Virus record (IMG/VR): IMGVR_UViG_3300032456_000003
Location: 1 to 60,712 of that record
Length of the DNA stretch: 60,712 bases
Source of the DNA: a virus
Strand: one strand, 5' to 3'
Positions 15,778 to 24,328 of the stretch are shown in pieces. A program made the position numbers and the translations under genes. Below the pieces are notes generated by a model. That model was not told the origin of the DNA. It made no database searches and saw nothing but the letters and a program-made list of their open reading frames with translations. Each line of letters starts with the position of its first letter. Positions within the stretch are counted from its first letter, which is position 1.

Positions 15778-15827
15778 GTCGAAAATCCCCGCCCCGGAAT
15801 CGAACCGGGGGAAGCCAGTCGGGGTGG
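15778..15827 (-). promoter_or_regulatory. tRNA T-arm/acceptor-like minihelix, copy 3
   Basis: Nearly identical to copy 2. It begins directly after the stop codon (15828-15830) of 15828-16109 and is followed by AUUUUCGAC and the next SD. Confidence 0.6.
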
Positions 15828-16109
15828 TCAGTCGATTTGATAGGTTGCCTTGATGAGTTTTGTTCTGCCGTGGTAGCCGTCGCTGAACGCCCGGATCTCG
15901 ATTTGCTTCTTGCCGCCGTAACTGGCGATCCGAACGTCCGCAAACCGTTTGCCGAGCTTCTTCTTCGCGATCTCGCGAAGAAGCTGGATGTCCGCAACAG
16001 TCGCGAACCGGGGGAAGCCGCCTGCCTGGTTGCCGTCGGCCCGAGAAATCAGGTCGCTAAGGTTGCATTGCAGGAAGAACAGGGGGGTGTCCGTCATCTT
16101 CATCTTCAT
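15828..16109 (-). CDS. hypothetical protein (93 aa), first gene behind promoter P4
   Basis: The ATG at 16109 follows the conserved leader and a GGAGAG SD. No recognisable motifs. Confidence 0.55.
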   Translation of the reverse strand: MKMKMTDTPLFFLQCNLSDLISRADGNQAGGFPRFATVADIQLLREIAKKKLGKRFADVRIASYGGKKQIEIRAFSDGYHGRTKLIKATYQID

Positions 16110-16159
16110 GGTCGTCTCTCCGGTTCGCGTTTCGTTTCGTCGTTCTTCCTTACACCGTT

Positions 16160-16188
16160 ATAATAGTATACGATGCCTATCAAGTCAA
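16160..16188 (-). promoter_or_regulatory. early promoter P4 (TTGACT-17-TATTAT)
   Basis: The -35 is at 16183-16188 and the -10 at 16160-16165 on the minus strand. It is followed by the leader GTGTAAGGAAGAACGACGAAACGAAACGCGAACCGGAG. Confidence 0.6.
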
Positions 16189-16192
16189 GCCG

Positions 16193-16215
16193 AATTCTGG
16201 ACGATGTCCAGAATT
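16193..16215. promoter_or_regulatory. palindromic operator AATTCTGGAC-gat-GTCCAGAATT between P4 and the divergent RHH gene
   Basis: Perfect 10-bp arms, identical to those at 15404-15426. Confidence 0.6.
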
Positions 16216-16238
16216 TTCTACCGGGCCGCATGGAAGTC

Positions 16239-16247
16239 TGGTAGAAT
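16239..16247 (+). promoter_or_regulatory. possible extended -10 promoter (TGgTAGAAT) for the RHH gene
   Basis: TG-n-TAGAAT lies about 22 nt upstream of the ATG at 16269. There is no good -35. Confidence 0.3.
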
Positions 16248-16268
16248 GGAGGCAAGGGGGATACGCGC

Positions 16269-16538
16269 ATGAAGAAGACGCAGATGACGATCCGGTTGAG
16301 TCAGCAGTGGTACGACTCGCTGCCGGGCATCCTGGACAAGATCCGTGCGGACCTCGGGATACCCGGCCTGACGACGACGGACATCGTTGTGATGGGGATT
16401 CAGATCCTGACGGAGTGGGCGGCTCAGGCCTGTGCTGACCGCCCCGGAGTGTTGGGCGGGATCAAGCCGCCGCAACCGCAAGAATCGGAGAAACGCAACA
16501 AGCCAGGTGCCGGGCGGAAGCGGAAGCCGAAGGAGTGA
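16269..16538 (+). CDS. ribbon-helix-helix-like DNA-binding protein, candidate repressor of P3/P4
   Basis: One of only two plus-strand genes. The N-terminal MKKTQMTIRLSQQWYDSL fits a beta-strand-then-helix RHH pattern, and the tail is basic. It is divergent from P4 and adjacent to the palindrome. Confidence 0.55.
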   Translation: MKKTQMTIRLSQQWYDSLPGILDKIRADLGIPGLTTTDIVVMGIQILTEWAAQACADRPGVLGGIKPPQPQESEKRNKPGAGRKRKPKE

Positions 16539-17255
16539 CTACGCTTTATTTGGGTAGCCGATGAAGGGAAAATTCGCCTCGAAGTTGTACGACCAATTCA
16601 CAGCATAATCCTGGAATCCGCCGCCCCGGAACTTCGGGCTGGTCCAGGTTATGCTCCGCTCGTCGAGCTTCTCGTCATTGGGCCAGAGCGGGGTCGGCAC
16701 GATTGGCTCGCTGAGGTAGCCGACCGCCGTCCCGCTCTGCGTGGCCCGGCATTTCGTGCGCTGGCTCGTGTACTGCTTTTGGGGCAATCCAGTTAGTGCT
16801 TCGCGGATCACGAAACGCGGGCCACCCGTTCCCGTCATCGAGATCCGCTCAGAGAACGATTGCAAGACGAACACACCAGGACTCAGCGGGTACTCGGCAC
16901 GGACGGTGAAACTGAACGACCGGAGCGTAGCCAGTTCGGCCCCCTTGCCGGTATCGAAGTTCGGGCCGCTGAGTGTCACCCCGGTCGTCGATCCAGAATT
17001 GAGAATTGCGACGTGCGACAGCAGCCCCGCGTCCGTGAACAGGCCGAAGTCGAGAAAAGGAGTGGCCAGCGCGGACGCCAGCAACGCGGCGGATGCGGAC
17101 AGTTCGATAGTGTTGCTGCCGTCGAGATAGCCTTTCACGTTGGCCATGCGGATCTGCGCATACGGTACGCCTCGGTCGTTGTTCAATGTCTGAATCTGCA
17201 TCGAGACCTCGACCGAATCGTTGGCGAACGTGTACGCCCCGTACCGCAAAAACAT
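16539..17255 (-). CDS. distal tail protein (Dit)-like structural protein
   Basis: 238-aa ORF, second after the tape measure gene (a 32-codon ORF intervenes). The assignment is by position. Confidence 0.5.
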   Translation of the reverse strand: MFLRYGAYTFANDSVEVSMQIQTLNNDRGVPYAQIRMANVKGYLDGSNTIELSASAALLASALATPFLDFGLFTDAGLLSHVAILNSGSTTGVTLSGPNFDTGKGAELATLRSFSFTVRAEYPLSPGVFVLQSFSERISMTGTGGPRFVIREALTGLPQKQYTSQRTKCRATQSGTAVGYLSEPIVPTPLWPNDEKLDERSITWTSPKFRGGGFQDYAVNWSYNFEANFPFIGYPNKA

Positions 17256-17365
17256 GGCTCGCCCCCTTCAACGCTGCTGGAACAACCACCAGATGATCGT
17301 GGACAGTATAACCGCGAACGCGAACCCAGCCCCTGCTGGGAACTCGGACTTGTCTTCCTCGCTCA

Positions 17366-19474
17366 TCACATTCCGCCCTTCGCCATATTTGCCAGGATTG
17401 TCCGCATCGTGATCTCGCCCTTGAGCGAAAGGGCCACTTTCGACATGAGCGCCACGATTGCTTCTTCCAAACCCGCGAAGCTGCCTTGCAACGCCTTTGT
17501 GGTGCTGGCCTCGATGGCCGTCCGCGTCTCGGCCAGTTTGATTTCCAGTCCCCTGGCCTCCGTGCGGATCTCGCCCAGCCCCTTGCGCGGTGCCGTAGGA
17601 TCGCCCGTGTTGTCCGCAATCAGGTGCTGGAACTTCTTGAAATCTGGGTCTTTGTCCATCATCTTTTCGATGCCGCGATCCACCACCTGCCCGCCGCCGT
17701 ATCGACGAAGGTCGTTGCGCTCGCCGAAGCTCAGGCTATCGAACCCGCGATCCCGCGACTTTTCCAGCAGGCGAATCGCCATGCTCTGCTGTGCTTTGGT
17801 AAGCGATCCGAAGCTCTGGACCTGCCCTTGAACGACTCCCTCTTGCTGGCGAAGGAGGGAGAGCCGGTCCTTGTCGTGCCCGGCGAGCGCCTTGAGTTCT
17901 TCGCCCTGCTTGCGGACCAAATCGGCGGCAGTCCCTCGAAGTTCGATTTCTTTCTCGATGACCCGATTATTGGCCGTCTGGAAATCCTTGTGGGCCTGCA
18001 AGCCGTCATGAGATTTCTTCGTGTCTTCCGGCTTCTTTTCGTCCGCGAGGCTCTGGTGAAATGCCTCGTTCCACGTCCTGCCAGCCCTGTTCCCTTGAAG
18101 CGCGGTCCCGAATTCGTTCCACGTCCGGCCCGGCCTGTCGGCACCAGCCACGTTCCCGACGTAATCGACCCACGACTTGTTGCTCGGCTTCCGCTTCTCG
18201 ATGTCGGCCGCGTGCTGATTGGCGTTCCACACCCCCCTCGCCAGGCCGGTCGATTTGTCCCCGTCTTCGACGCCACGCTTTTCGCGGAGTTCGTCAAGTT
18301 CCTTTTCCTGCGCCGCCTTCCTGGCCTCGATCCCGGACTTTTCGGCTCGCACGTCCTGGATGCGCTGCGCGGTTTCGATCTGCCTGGAGAAATGCGCTGC
18401 CCCCATCGTGTCGTGGACGTTATCGGGGATCGCAACACCCAGCCCCGCGAACCCGGCCCGATGCTGCTTGTCGCGCTCGGTTGCGATCCCGGTGGCCTCG
18501 GCCTCTTGCTGGCGAATGCCAGCACGCCGCTGCATCATCGCCCAATTGCTGGACGAATCGGATCGTGCCTTATCGGCGGTAATCCCGCCCTGATAAATCA
18601 CGTCGTGCTGCGGTGCCTGGATCATCGCCTGTGCGCCCGCGATCAGCCCGCCGATGATGGGGAGGTCTCTTGCGATTTGCTGCATTTGCTGGGCACTGGT
18701 CAGCGTCGAATCGGAGAGCGTCGTCAGGTGCTTGCCGAACTTTCCCATCACCCCGCCGACCGTGTTGCCGAGCTGCTCCAGGTTCTCGCCCGTTCGGCCG
18801 CCGCGCAAGGCGCTGGAGAGGTTCTGATTGAACTGGGAGAACTGATCGTTGGCGGTCGGCCCGTGCCCGCGTTTGGCCATTTCCTTGTCGTGGGCTTCCC
18901 GATCCTTCTTGCTCGCCTCGTAGGAGTCCACCTGCTCCTTGGCCTTCTGCTGGCTCCGCAACTTCTCGTCGGCCAGCACGCTCACCGGAGACGTGGGCAC
19001 GGGTCCGCGCGAGTCCCGTGCCACCTCGGCCAACTGCCCCATGAATCGCTTGCGTTCCGATTCGACCTGTGCCACGCCGCCCATGCCCGTGGACGGCGCT
19101 TGCCACGGCTGGGCCGCCCCTTTCCAATGGTCCCCCGCCGTCTCCCGAGCTGCCGCCTTTATCTCCTCTGGCGTTGACGCGCTCCGATTTGGTTCGCGGC
19201 GATTCCTCAGATCCAATTGCTCCCTCATGTCCAGTTGTTCCCGCGCCGTCTCGCCACCGGCCTGGCCGATCTGCCCCAGGAAGTGCCGACGCTGTGCCGC
19301 CTCCTCGCTCGTCTGAGCCGCCTGGCCCATGCCCTCGGCCGTTGCCCGCCACGCCTCGGCCGAACGCCCCCACCGCTCTCCCATGCGTTCCAGGGCTGAT
19401 GCCGCACGTTCGAGTCCCTCGGCCGTCTGCTCGTCCATCAGGATCGAGAGTTTCACGTCCTCTTCTTCAGCCAC
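17366..19474 (-). CDS. tail tape measure protein
   Basis: 702 aa, Q/E/R/A-rich and helical. It lies directly downstream of the chaperone pair and upstream of the Dit-like gene. Confidence 0.8.
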   Translation of the reverse strand: MAEEEDVKLSILMDEQTAEGLERAASALERMGERWGRSAEAWRATAEGMGQAAQTSEEAAQRRHFLGQIGQAGGETAREQLDMREQLDLRNRREPNRSASTPEEIKAAARETAGDHWKGAAQPWQAPSTGMGGVAQVESERKRFMGQLAEVARDSRGPVPTSPVSVLADEKLRSQQKAKEQVDSYEASKKDREAHDKEMAKRGHGPTANDQFSQFNQNLSSALRGGRTGENLEQLGNTVGGVMGKFGKHLTTLSDSTLTSAQQMQQIARDLPIIGGLIAGAQAMIQAPQHDVIYQGGITADKARSDSSSNWAMMQRRAGIRQQEAEATGIATERDKQHRAGFAGLGVAIPDNVHDTMGAAHFSRQIETAQRIQDVRAEKSGIEARKAAQEKELDELREKRGVEDGDKSTGLARGVWNANQHAADIEKRKPSNKSWVDYVGNVAGADRPGRTWNEFGTALQGNRAGRTWNEAFHQSLADEKKPEDTKKSHDGLQAHKDFQTANNRVIEKEIELRGTAADLVRKQGEELKALAGHDKDRLSLLRQQEGVVQGQVQSFGSLTKAQQSMAIRLLEKSRDRGFDSLSFGERNDLRRYGGGQVVDRGIEKMMDKDPDFKKFQHLIADNTGDPTAPRKGLGEIRTEARGLEIKLAETRTAIEASTTKALQGSFAGLEEAIVALMSKVALSLKGEITMRTILANMAKGGM

Positions 19475-19877
19475 GGAACAACCCCCCTAGCACGGCCCCA
19501 AGAGTCCGCATACTCAACTCGATCCGCTCCATCCTCGATGACTCCACCTGTTCCTCGACCGCGAGGAAAATCCTCGCGTTGTCCTCCACAAGATCATCAT
19601 CGGGGAACCGGCCGACCGCGCGACACCGGCGGTAGTGGACGTAAGCTCGGTAGAGTTGCGGCGTCAGCTCGACGGCGGACTCTGGGACAGGCTCGTCACC
19701 CTGCGGGATCTTGGGGCAGATGTGACACGGCGGCACCGTGCCCAGCGGCCGCCGCTGATTCTTTCCGCCCCGCTCGTACAGGGTCCAGTCCTCATTGACC
19801 ACCCACGCCTTGCACTTCGCACAAGGCAGAGCCGAGAGTTGCGGGCTGGTCAAAATGATCCAGACCCCGCGCGTCAT
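19467..19877 (-). CDS. tail assembly chaperone, T part (reached by -1 frameshift from 19874-20218)
   Basis: Its ATG overlaps the stop of the upstream gene within GAAAAAAAATGA. A -1 slip on A-AAA-AAA puts the ribosome exactly in this frame. Confidence 0.6.
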   Translation of the reverse strand: MTRGVWIILTSPQLSALPCAKCKAWVVNEDWTLYERGGKNQRRPLGTVPPCHICPKIPQGDEPVPESAVELTPQLYRAYVHYRRCRAVGRFPDDDLVEDNARIFLAVEEQVESSRMERIELSMRTLGAVLGGLFRG

Positions 19878-20218
19878 TTTTTTTCGTCGTCGTCCCGTGC
19901 GGCCGGGCTGTACCCCAGGACCGCATCGAGCATCTGGTCCAGCACGCGGGCGAAGACTCGCCGCAGAATGCGAGCGTCGATCGCGATCGCGTTCCCTGCC
20001 CCGTCCTTGGCGTCCCAGCCCGTCACCTGCTCCACCAGCAGCCTGACAGTCTCGTTCATGCGTTCGGTCGGGCCACGCCCGGTAACCGAGGCCGAGAACT
20101 CGTATGCCCGCTGCGGCAGCGTCGGCCGATACGTAAAATTGATCTCCGGGTGGACGCCCTGAAGAGGCGTCACCTTGCCCGGCAGTGTGAATGCGTCGTC
20201 GATGAAAATGCTACCCAC
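19874..20218 (-). CDS. tail assembly chaperone, G part
   Basis: 114-aa ORF between the tail tube and tape measure genes. It ends DDDEKK* on the slippery A-run. Confidence 0.65.
   Translation of the reverse strand: MGSIFIDDAFTLPGKVTPLQGVHPEINFTYRPTLPQRAYEFSASVTGRGPTERMNETVRLLVEQVTGWDAKDGAGNAIAIDARILRRVFARVLDQMLDAVLGYSPAARDDDEKK
19877..19883 (-). other. -1 programmed ribosomal frameshift heptamer A-AAA-AAA
   Basis: The last two sense codons of 19874-20218 are AAA AAA preceded by A, matching the X-XXY-YYZ pattern. This is the conserved position of the G/GT shift in siphoviruses. Confidence 0.6.
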
Positions 20219-20242
20219 TGAATCCCCCTTGCGTCAATCAGG

Positions 20243-21121
20243 TCATGGAGTCGAATCGAGCGTGGTGACCAACTCGAGCGTCGCGCCGCTGCGGTACGCC
20301 ACGCCTTCCAGCGGAAGCATCACTTCCTGGCGGCCGCCGACGGTCGGACTTCGCCTCGGGAACGCCACCTTGACCATCGAAAATAACACGCTCACCAAGT
20401 TGTTCGTGAACGTGCCCGCGACGAGCACGCCGCTGGCCCCCGTGGAGTAGACCGCCGTCGCGTCGCCATAGGGCAGGTTTGTCCGAAAATTGATCGTCCG
20501 GTCCATCGACTTCGTCGCCAGGCTCAAGACCTGGCTGTTGAACATGCGGTCCTTGTCGATGTGGTTGTTGACGGTCAAGTCGAAGTCTTTGGCCTGATAC
20601 GTCACCGAGGCAATGGACAGCGCGAGATCGTGGAACATGAATGCGTTGGTGGCCGTGTCGATTGCCAGGGACGGGAACGTGCCCGAGTTCGCTACGGTTT
20701 CGTCCGAGCCGACAATGTTGAGCGTCAGCGAAAGGGGCTGGCCCTGGCTGCTCCGGAACGTTGCCGAATCGACGAAGCATCCCGAGTAGGTGAAGACCTT
20801 CGCTCCGCGATCCACGGTGATGAATCGACTCGTCAGCGCGTCCGCGAGGGCGAACAGGGTGCCGGAAGCATTCGCCCCAAGAATCCACGGCAGCAACGCG
20901 GCCAACTCGACTGGAGTCGGCTGCATCGTGATCGAACCCTGCACGCGCCGGATGCCGGCCCGCACTCGCTCGATGACGTGAGAACGAGTCCCGCGCAAGC
21001 CGCCCGTATCCGGGAACTCCTCGCTGCACGAGAGGTTCTCGTTGAGGAAATCGTACCGGGTATCGACCGGGTCGGCCGTCCCGATTCCAACCTGACTCTG
21101 GAAGCCCCAATTGCCTGGCAT
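20243..21121 (-). CDS. major tail (tube) protein
   Basis: Trimmed to the ATG at 21121 (MPGNWGFQSQVG...). It is 292 aa and lies just upstream of the chaperone genes. No sheath gene is present, so the tail is non-contractile. Confidence 0.6.
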   Translation of the reverse strand: MPGNWGFQSQVGIGTADPVDTRYDFLNENLSCSEEFPDTGGLRGTRSHVIERVRAGIRRVQGSITMQPTPVELAALLPWILGANASGTLFALADALTSRFITVDRGAKVFTYSGCFVDSATFRSSQGQPLSLTLNIVGSDETVANSGTFPSLAIDTATNAFMFHDLALSIASVTYQAKDFDLTVNNHIDKDRMFNSQVLSLATKSMDRTINFRTNLPYGDATAVYSTGASGVLVAGTFTNNLVSVLFSMVKVAFPRRSPTVGGRQEVMLPLEGVAYRSGATLELVTTLDSTP

Positions 21122-21123
21122 GA

Positions 21124-21864
21124 TCAAGTCCCTCGCAGTTCGCGACAGAGTACCCGCACAACGAATCCGAGCACCACAATCTGATAGTCCGGCAGCTTCG
21201 GATCGAAGACCATGCCCGGCTCTACCTTGACCGTCAGCACCTCCGTCACGCCCGCCAGACGCTGATTCCGCAGCGAGCGAAACACCTGCTGACGCCACTT
21301 GAGCCAGCCCTTGCGGCGGGCCTCACGGCTCGCGTCGTCCCGATCCAGCACCCAAACATTGACCGGATATCCGATGTCGTCCTTGCCAGTCGTCGTGCCT
21401 TCCTGGCTCTCGCGCTGGCCCTCGTGACTCAGGACGATGCAGGGATAGGCCATCGTTCCATCCGGGGCTGCAACCGTCCTCTTGTAGATGCGGTCATTCG
21501 GGATGCTGACGCTCCCGTTCAGCGCCGCCATCGACAGGCCAGCCAAACGAGCCGCCACTGCATCCACGCAGCGAGCCGCCAGGGCATCCGTCGCTTCGGT
21601 CGCGTAGACGTAGGCCAGATTCGAGATGGCCAGCGCGCCGCTCACCAGCCCCTGCGCGTAGATCCAGTAGTATCCCGGAGCCAGGGTCAGGGTCAGCGTC
21701 CCGTTGCCCGACCTGGTGCCAGCGACGGCAAACGCTGGCGAGCGCAGGCCGGTGGCGTCCACGGTCTGCTTGTAGATCGTGACTGTGGCCGCGTCCGCAC
21801 CGGCCACCGTGGCCACGCCTCCGGTGCCGTCCTGCGAGTCGGCCCATGCGATCGAGATGGCCAC
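21124..21864 (-). CDS. neck/tail-completion protein (by position)
   Basis: 246-aa ORF between the head-tail joining genes and the tube gene. Confidence 0.45.
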   Translation of the reverse strand: MAISIAWADSQDGTGGVATVAGADAATVTIYKQTVDATGLRSPAFAVAGTRSGNGTLTLTLAPGYYWIYAQGLVSGALAISNLAYVYATEATDALAARCVDAVAARLAGLSMAALNGSVSIPNDRIYKRTVAAPDGTMAYPCIVLSHEGQRESQEGTTTGKDDIGYPVNVWVLDRDDASREARRKGWLKWRQQVFRSLRNQRLAGVTEVLTVKVEPGMVFDPKLPDYQIVVLGFVVRVLCRELRGT

Positions 21865-21867
21865 CGA

Positions 21868-22329
21868 TCACCCCCCGCCCGCGAGTACGTCACCCTTGAT
21901 CCAGTCCGCCAGCCACTCGGCCATTGCCGTGTTCAGCTTGATTTTCAACCGCTTGCCAGCCCCGATGAACCGCCTCGCCGGGATCGTCCTGGTGCCCCTC
22001 TGGTGGAAGATCGCATAGGGCACGTCCGAACGAAGCAGAGCCGTCGAGAACGCGCCTGTTGCCTTCACGCGATTGGTCAACAGCGTGAAGGAGTCACGGA
22101 GTTTCCCCGTGCGTATCAGTGGCTTCTTGCTGCCGTCCGCTCTGGGTTTCTTGAGCGGCCGCCAGGGGTTGCCGTCCGGGTCGTGCGACCCCTCGAAGTT
22201 GCTCAGGATGTCTTGCTGGAACAGAACGAGAACCCGCTCCCGCAAGGCGTCCTGCGCGACACCAGACGACAAACTCCGGGCGCGCGCCCGGAGCATCTCG
22301 GCCAGTTGTTTCGGGTTCATCGTCGGCAT
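21868..22329 (-). CDS. virion morphogenesis/head-tail joining protein (Mu gpG-like)
   Basis: SHDPDGNPWRPLKK...LIRTGKLRDS resembles the virion-morphogenesis family signature. It sits in the Mu-like head module. Confidence 0.55.
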   Translation of the reverse strand: MPTMNPKQLAEMLRARARSLSSGVAQDALRERVLVLFQQDILSNFEGSHDPDGNPWRPLKKPRADGSKKPLIRTGKLRDSFTLLTNRVKATGAFSTALLRSDVPYAIFHQRGTRTIPARRFIGAGKRLKIKLNTAMAEWLADWIKGDVLAGGG

Positions 22330-22332
22330 CGC

Positions 22333-22785
22333 TCACCACCTCATCGGATAGGGGTTGTCGTCTTCCCCGGTCTGCGAGATCGGATTGAAAATCCCCCTCT
22401 GATCGTTCATGCGGCCACTCCCCACCGTGCCGGGTTGCTCGGACGGATCGACCGCCGTGCCACTGGTGTAAACCTGCACCGCCTTCAGATCCTCTCGCTT
22501 GTCCCAGAGCTTCACCGCATTGAGATCGAAGCTGCCGATCCCTTGCGGCGAGGTCGCGCAGAAGTACAGTGCGATGGACCGCTCGAACTCGCTGCCACGG
22601 TCCCAGGTGTCGATGACGGACTTGCTAAACCCGCGTGCCAGCAGTGCCCCGACAACCTCCTGGTACGCGGCCGTGTGGCAACGGCTCACCACGTCGTCCC
22701 AGTAGGGCGGCAAGTCCGCAGAGCCGCCAGCCAGCTTCAGGCTGGCCGCTAGGTCGGTCTTGATTTGTGCGGCGGTCGTGAACAC
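22333..22785 (-). CDS. head-tail connector/adaptor protein (by position)
   Basis: 150-aa ORF downstream of the capsid gene. Confidence 0.45.
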   Translation of the reverse strand: MFTTAAQIKTDLAASLKLAGGSADLPPYWDDVVSRCHTAAYQEVVGALLARGFSKSVIDTWDRGSEFERSIALYFCATSPQGIGSFDLNAVKLWDKREDLKAVQVYTSGTAVDPSEQPGTVGSGRMNDQRGIFNPISQTGEDDNPYPMRW

Positions 22786-22788
22786 GGG

Positions 22789-23010
22789 TCAATCCTCCCC
22801 GATCGGTACGACCGTGGCCAGAACTCGTTTGGTGACCGGGACCGGGACCGGCTTCACCGGCTGCTTGACGACGATCACCGGGACCGGCTTCACCGCCGGC
22901 TCGACTGCCGCCGGTTCGGCGATCACTGGCAAGCCGCAAATGATGCAGCACGGGCCGTCCGGTCGGAGACAAAGTTCGCCCTGGCACTGCCTGCAAGTTC
23001 CACGCTTCAT
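22789..23010 (-). CDS. small Cys-rich, Pro/Val-rich protein (73 aa)
   Basis: CRQCQGELC...CCIICG is followed by repeated KPVPV units. Confidence 0.4.
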   Translation of the reverse strand: MKRGTCRQCQGELCLRPDGPCCIICGLPVIAEPAAVEPAVKPVPVIVVKQPVKPVPVPVTKRVLATVVPIGED

Positions 23011-23067
23011 TGATTGTCCCCATCGGATCGACCGTCCGCGGTGGACAGTCGATCCGCGTTAATCGGC

Positions 23068-24033
23068 TCACAGGAAGTTGGTTGTCACAACGTCCGCGAA
23101 GCCCTTCCAAAGATTGTTGTTGGCCACGCCGATGGCCCCGACGATGGCGGGGACCGTCTCGGCATTGATCGATTGGAAGGCCACCCGCTCCAGTGCGGGA
23201 GTGACAACCAGCGTCATCGCGTCGCTGTTGAATTCGGTCTGCTCGTGCATGTACTCGCCGTCCTCGCTGGACAGCGATTTCGGCAGCACGAACCCACGCA
23301 TTGCCGTGACAATGTCGCCGTAGGCCGTGTGCATGTCCGTCAGGCTCGGCCGGTTCGTCCAGGTGTAGTGAATGGCGTCCCACCAGTACCCGTAGCAGGC
23401 CGCCAGCTCGGTATCGATCCAATACTTGGCGACCTTCGCCAAGTCGCTCTGAGGCGTGCCCGCGTCGGTGCGGAATTCCGGTGCCATGCGGGTCTGACAG
23501 ATCAGCGGCTTGAGGGTTCCGCCGTTATGCAGCAGCACCATCCTGTAGGTGAGCCCGTCGCTGTTGCCGGTGCCGGTGCCGGTCAACAGGTTGTCGCCAG
23601 TGCCGATGGTGTGGCTATTGGCGAAGAACGCCGTGCCGTCGAAGCAGAGCTTCGACGTGCCCAAGGCCAGAGCCTTGAGGGACAACCGGCCGGGGAAAAG
23701 CTTGGCGCGAGCCGCGAGTTCCTGCGGCTTGATGCTGTAGCCGCCCGTCATATCGTCCTTGATGTCGCGCAACATCACTTCGAAGCCGGCATCGTACTCC
23801 AGATTTTCTACGCTGTATTTGATGACGTCGAGCTTCGCAAAGCGACGGTATCCCTGGTACAGAGCCAGGCCGGGCGAGGGAGACATCCAGGTGTAATGCT
23901 CGATACGAGCATCGCTGGGGATGATCTGCGTGAACCGCTCCCACTTGGCGGGCTTGGCGGTCGCAGCATATGCGATCTGAAATTCTGTCCGCATCCTCGT
24001 AGTGAAGATGCCGATCTTTTGATCTACTGCCAT
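23068..24033 (-). CDS. major capsid protein, Mu gpT-like
   Basis: HYTWMSPSPGL, NLEYDAGFEVMLRDIKDD, CFDGTAFFANSH and LKPLICQTRM parallel conserved blocks of the Mu gpT major head subunit as I recall them. Confidence 0.8.
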   Translation of the reverse strand: MAVDQKIGIFTTRMRTEFQIAYAATAKPAKWERFTQIIPSDARIEHYTWMSPSPGLALYQGYRRFAKLDVIKYSVENLEYDAGFEVMLRDIKDDMTGGYSIKPQELAARAKLFPGRLSLKALALGTSKLCFDGTAFFANSHTIGTGDNLLTGTGTGNSDGLTYRMVLLHNGGTLKPLICQTRMAPEFRTDAGTPQSDLAKVAKYWIDTELAACYGYWWDAIHYTWTNRPSLTDMHTAYGDIVTAMRGFVLPKSLSSEDGEYMHEQTEFNSDAMTLVVTPALERVAFQSINAETVPAIVGAIGVANNNLWKGFADVVTTNFL

Positions 24034-24149
24034 GAGCGTTCGCGCCCCTGGCCTGCCCCTCGTAGGCTGAATCTCCCTCGGTTTTCATTCCCGCCAGGCG
24101 GTCGAGGGGACCGCTTTTCAGGCCGCGAACCCTAGGCGGGTTTGACTCG

Positions 24150-24317
24150 TCACTGACCGGAAGTTTCGATCTTCCGGTCTTCTTCCTGCCGGATCTTTTC
24201 CAGCAGGAAGGTAGCCAACTGGATAGCCCCATCGGCATTCTGAACAATCCGCAATCCGGCAACCCGTTGCTGCTCCAGGACTGCGATTTGTTTCAGCAAT
24301 TCCTCTTTTCCGATCAT
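24150..24317 (-). CDS. small coiled-coil protein (55 aa, below track cutoff)
   Basis: MIGKEELLKQIAVLEQQRVAGLRIVQN... has a GGGAGACGGG SD. It fills the gap between the decoration and capsid genes. Confidence 0.35.
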   Translation of the reverse strand: MIGKEELLKQIAVLEQQRVAGLRIVQNADGAIQLATFLLEKIRQEEDRKIETSGQ

Positions 24318-24328
24318 CCCGTCTCCCG

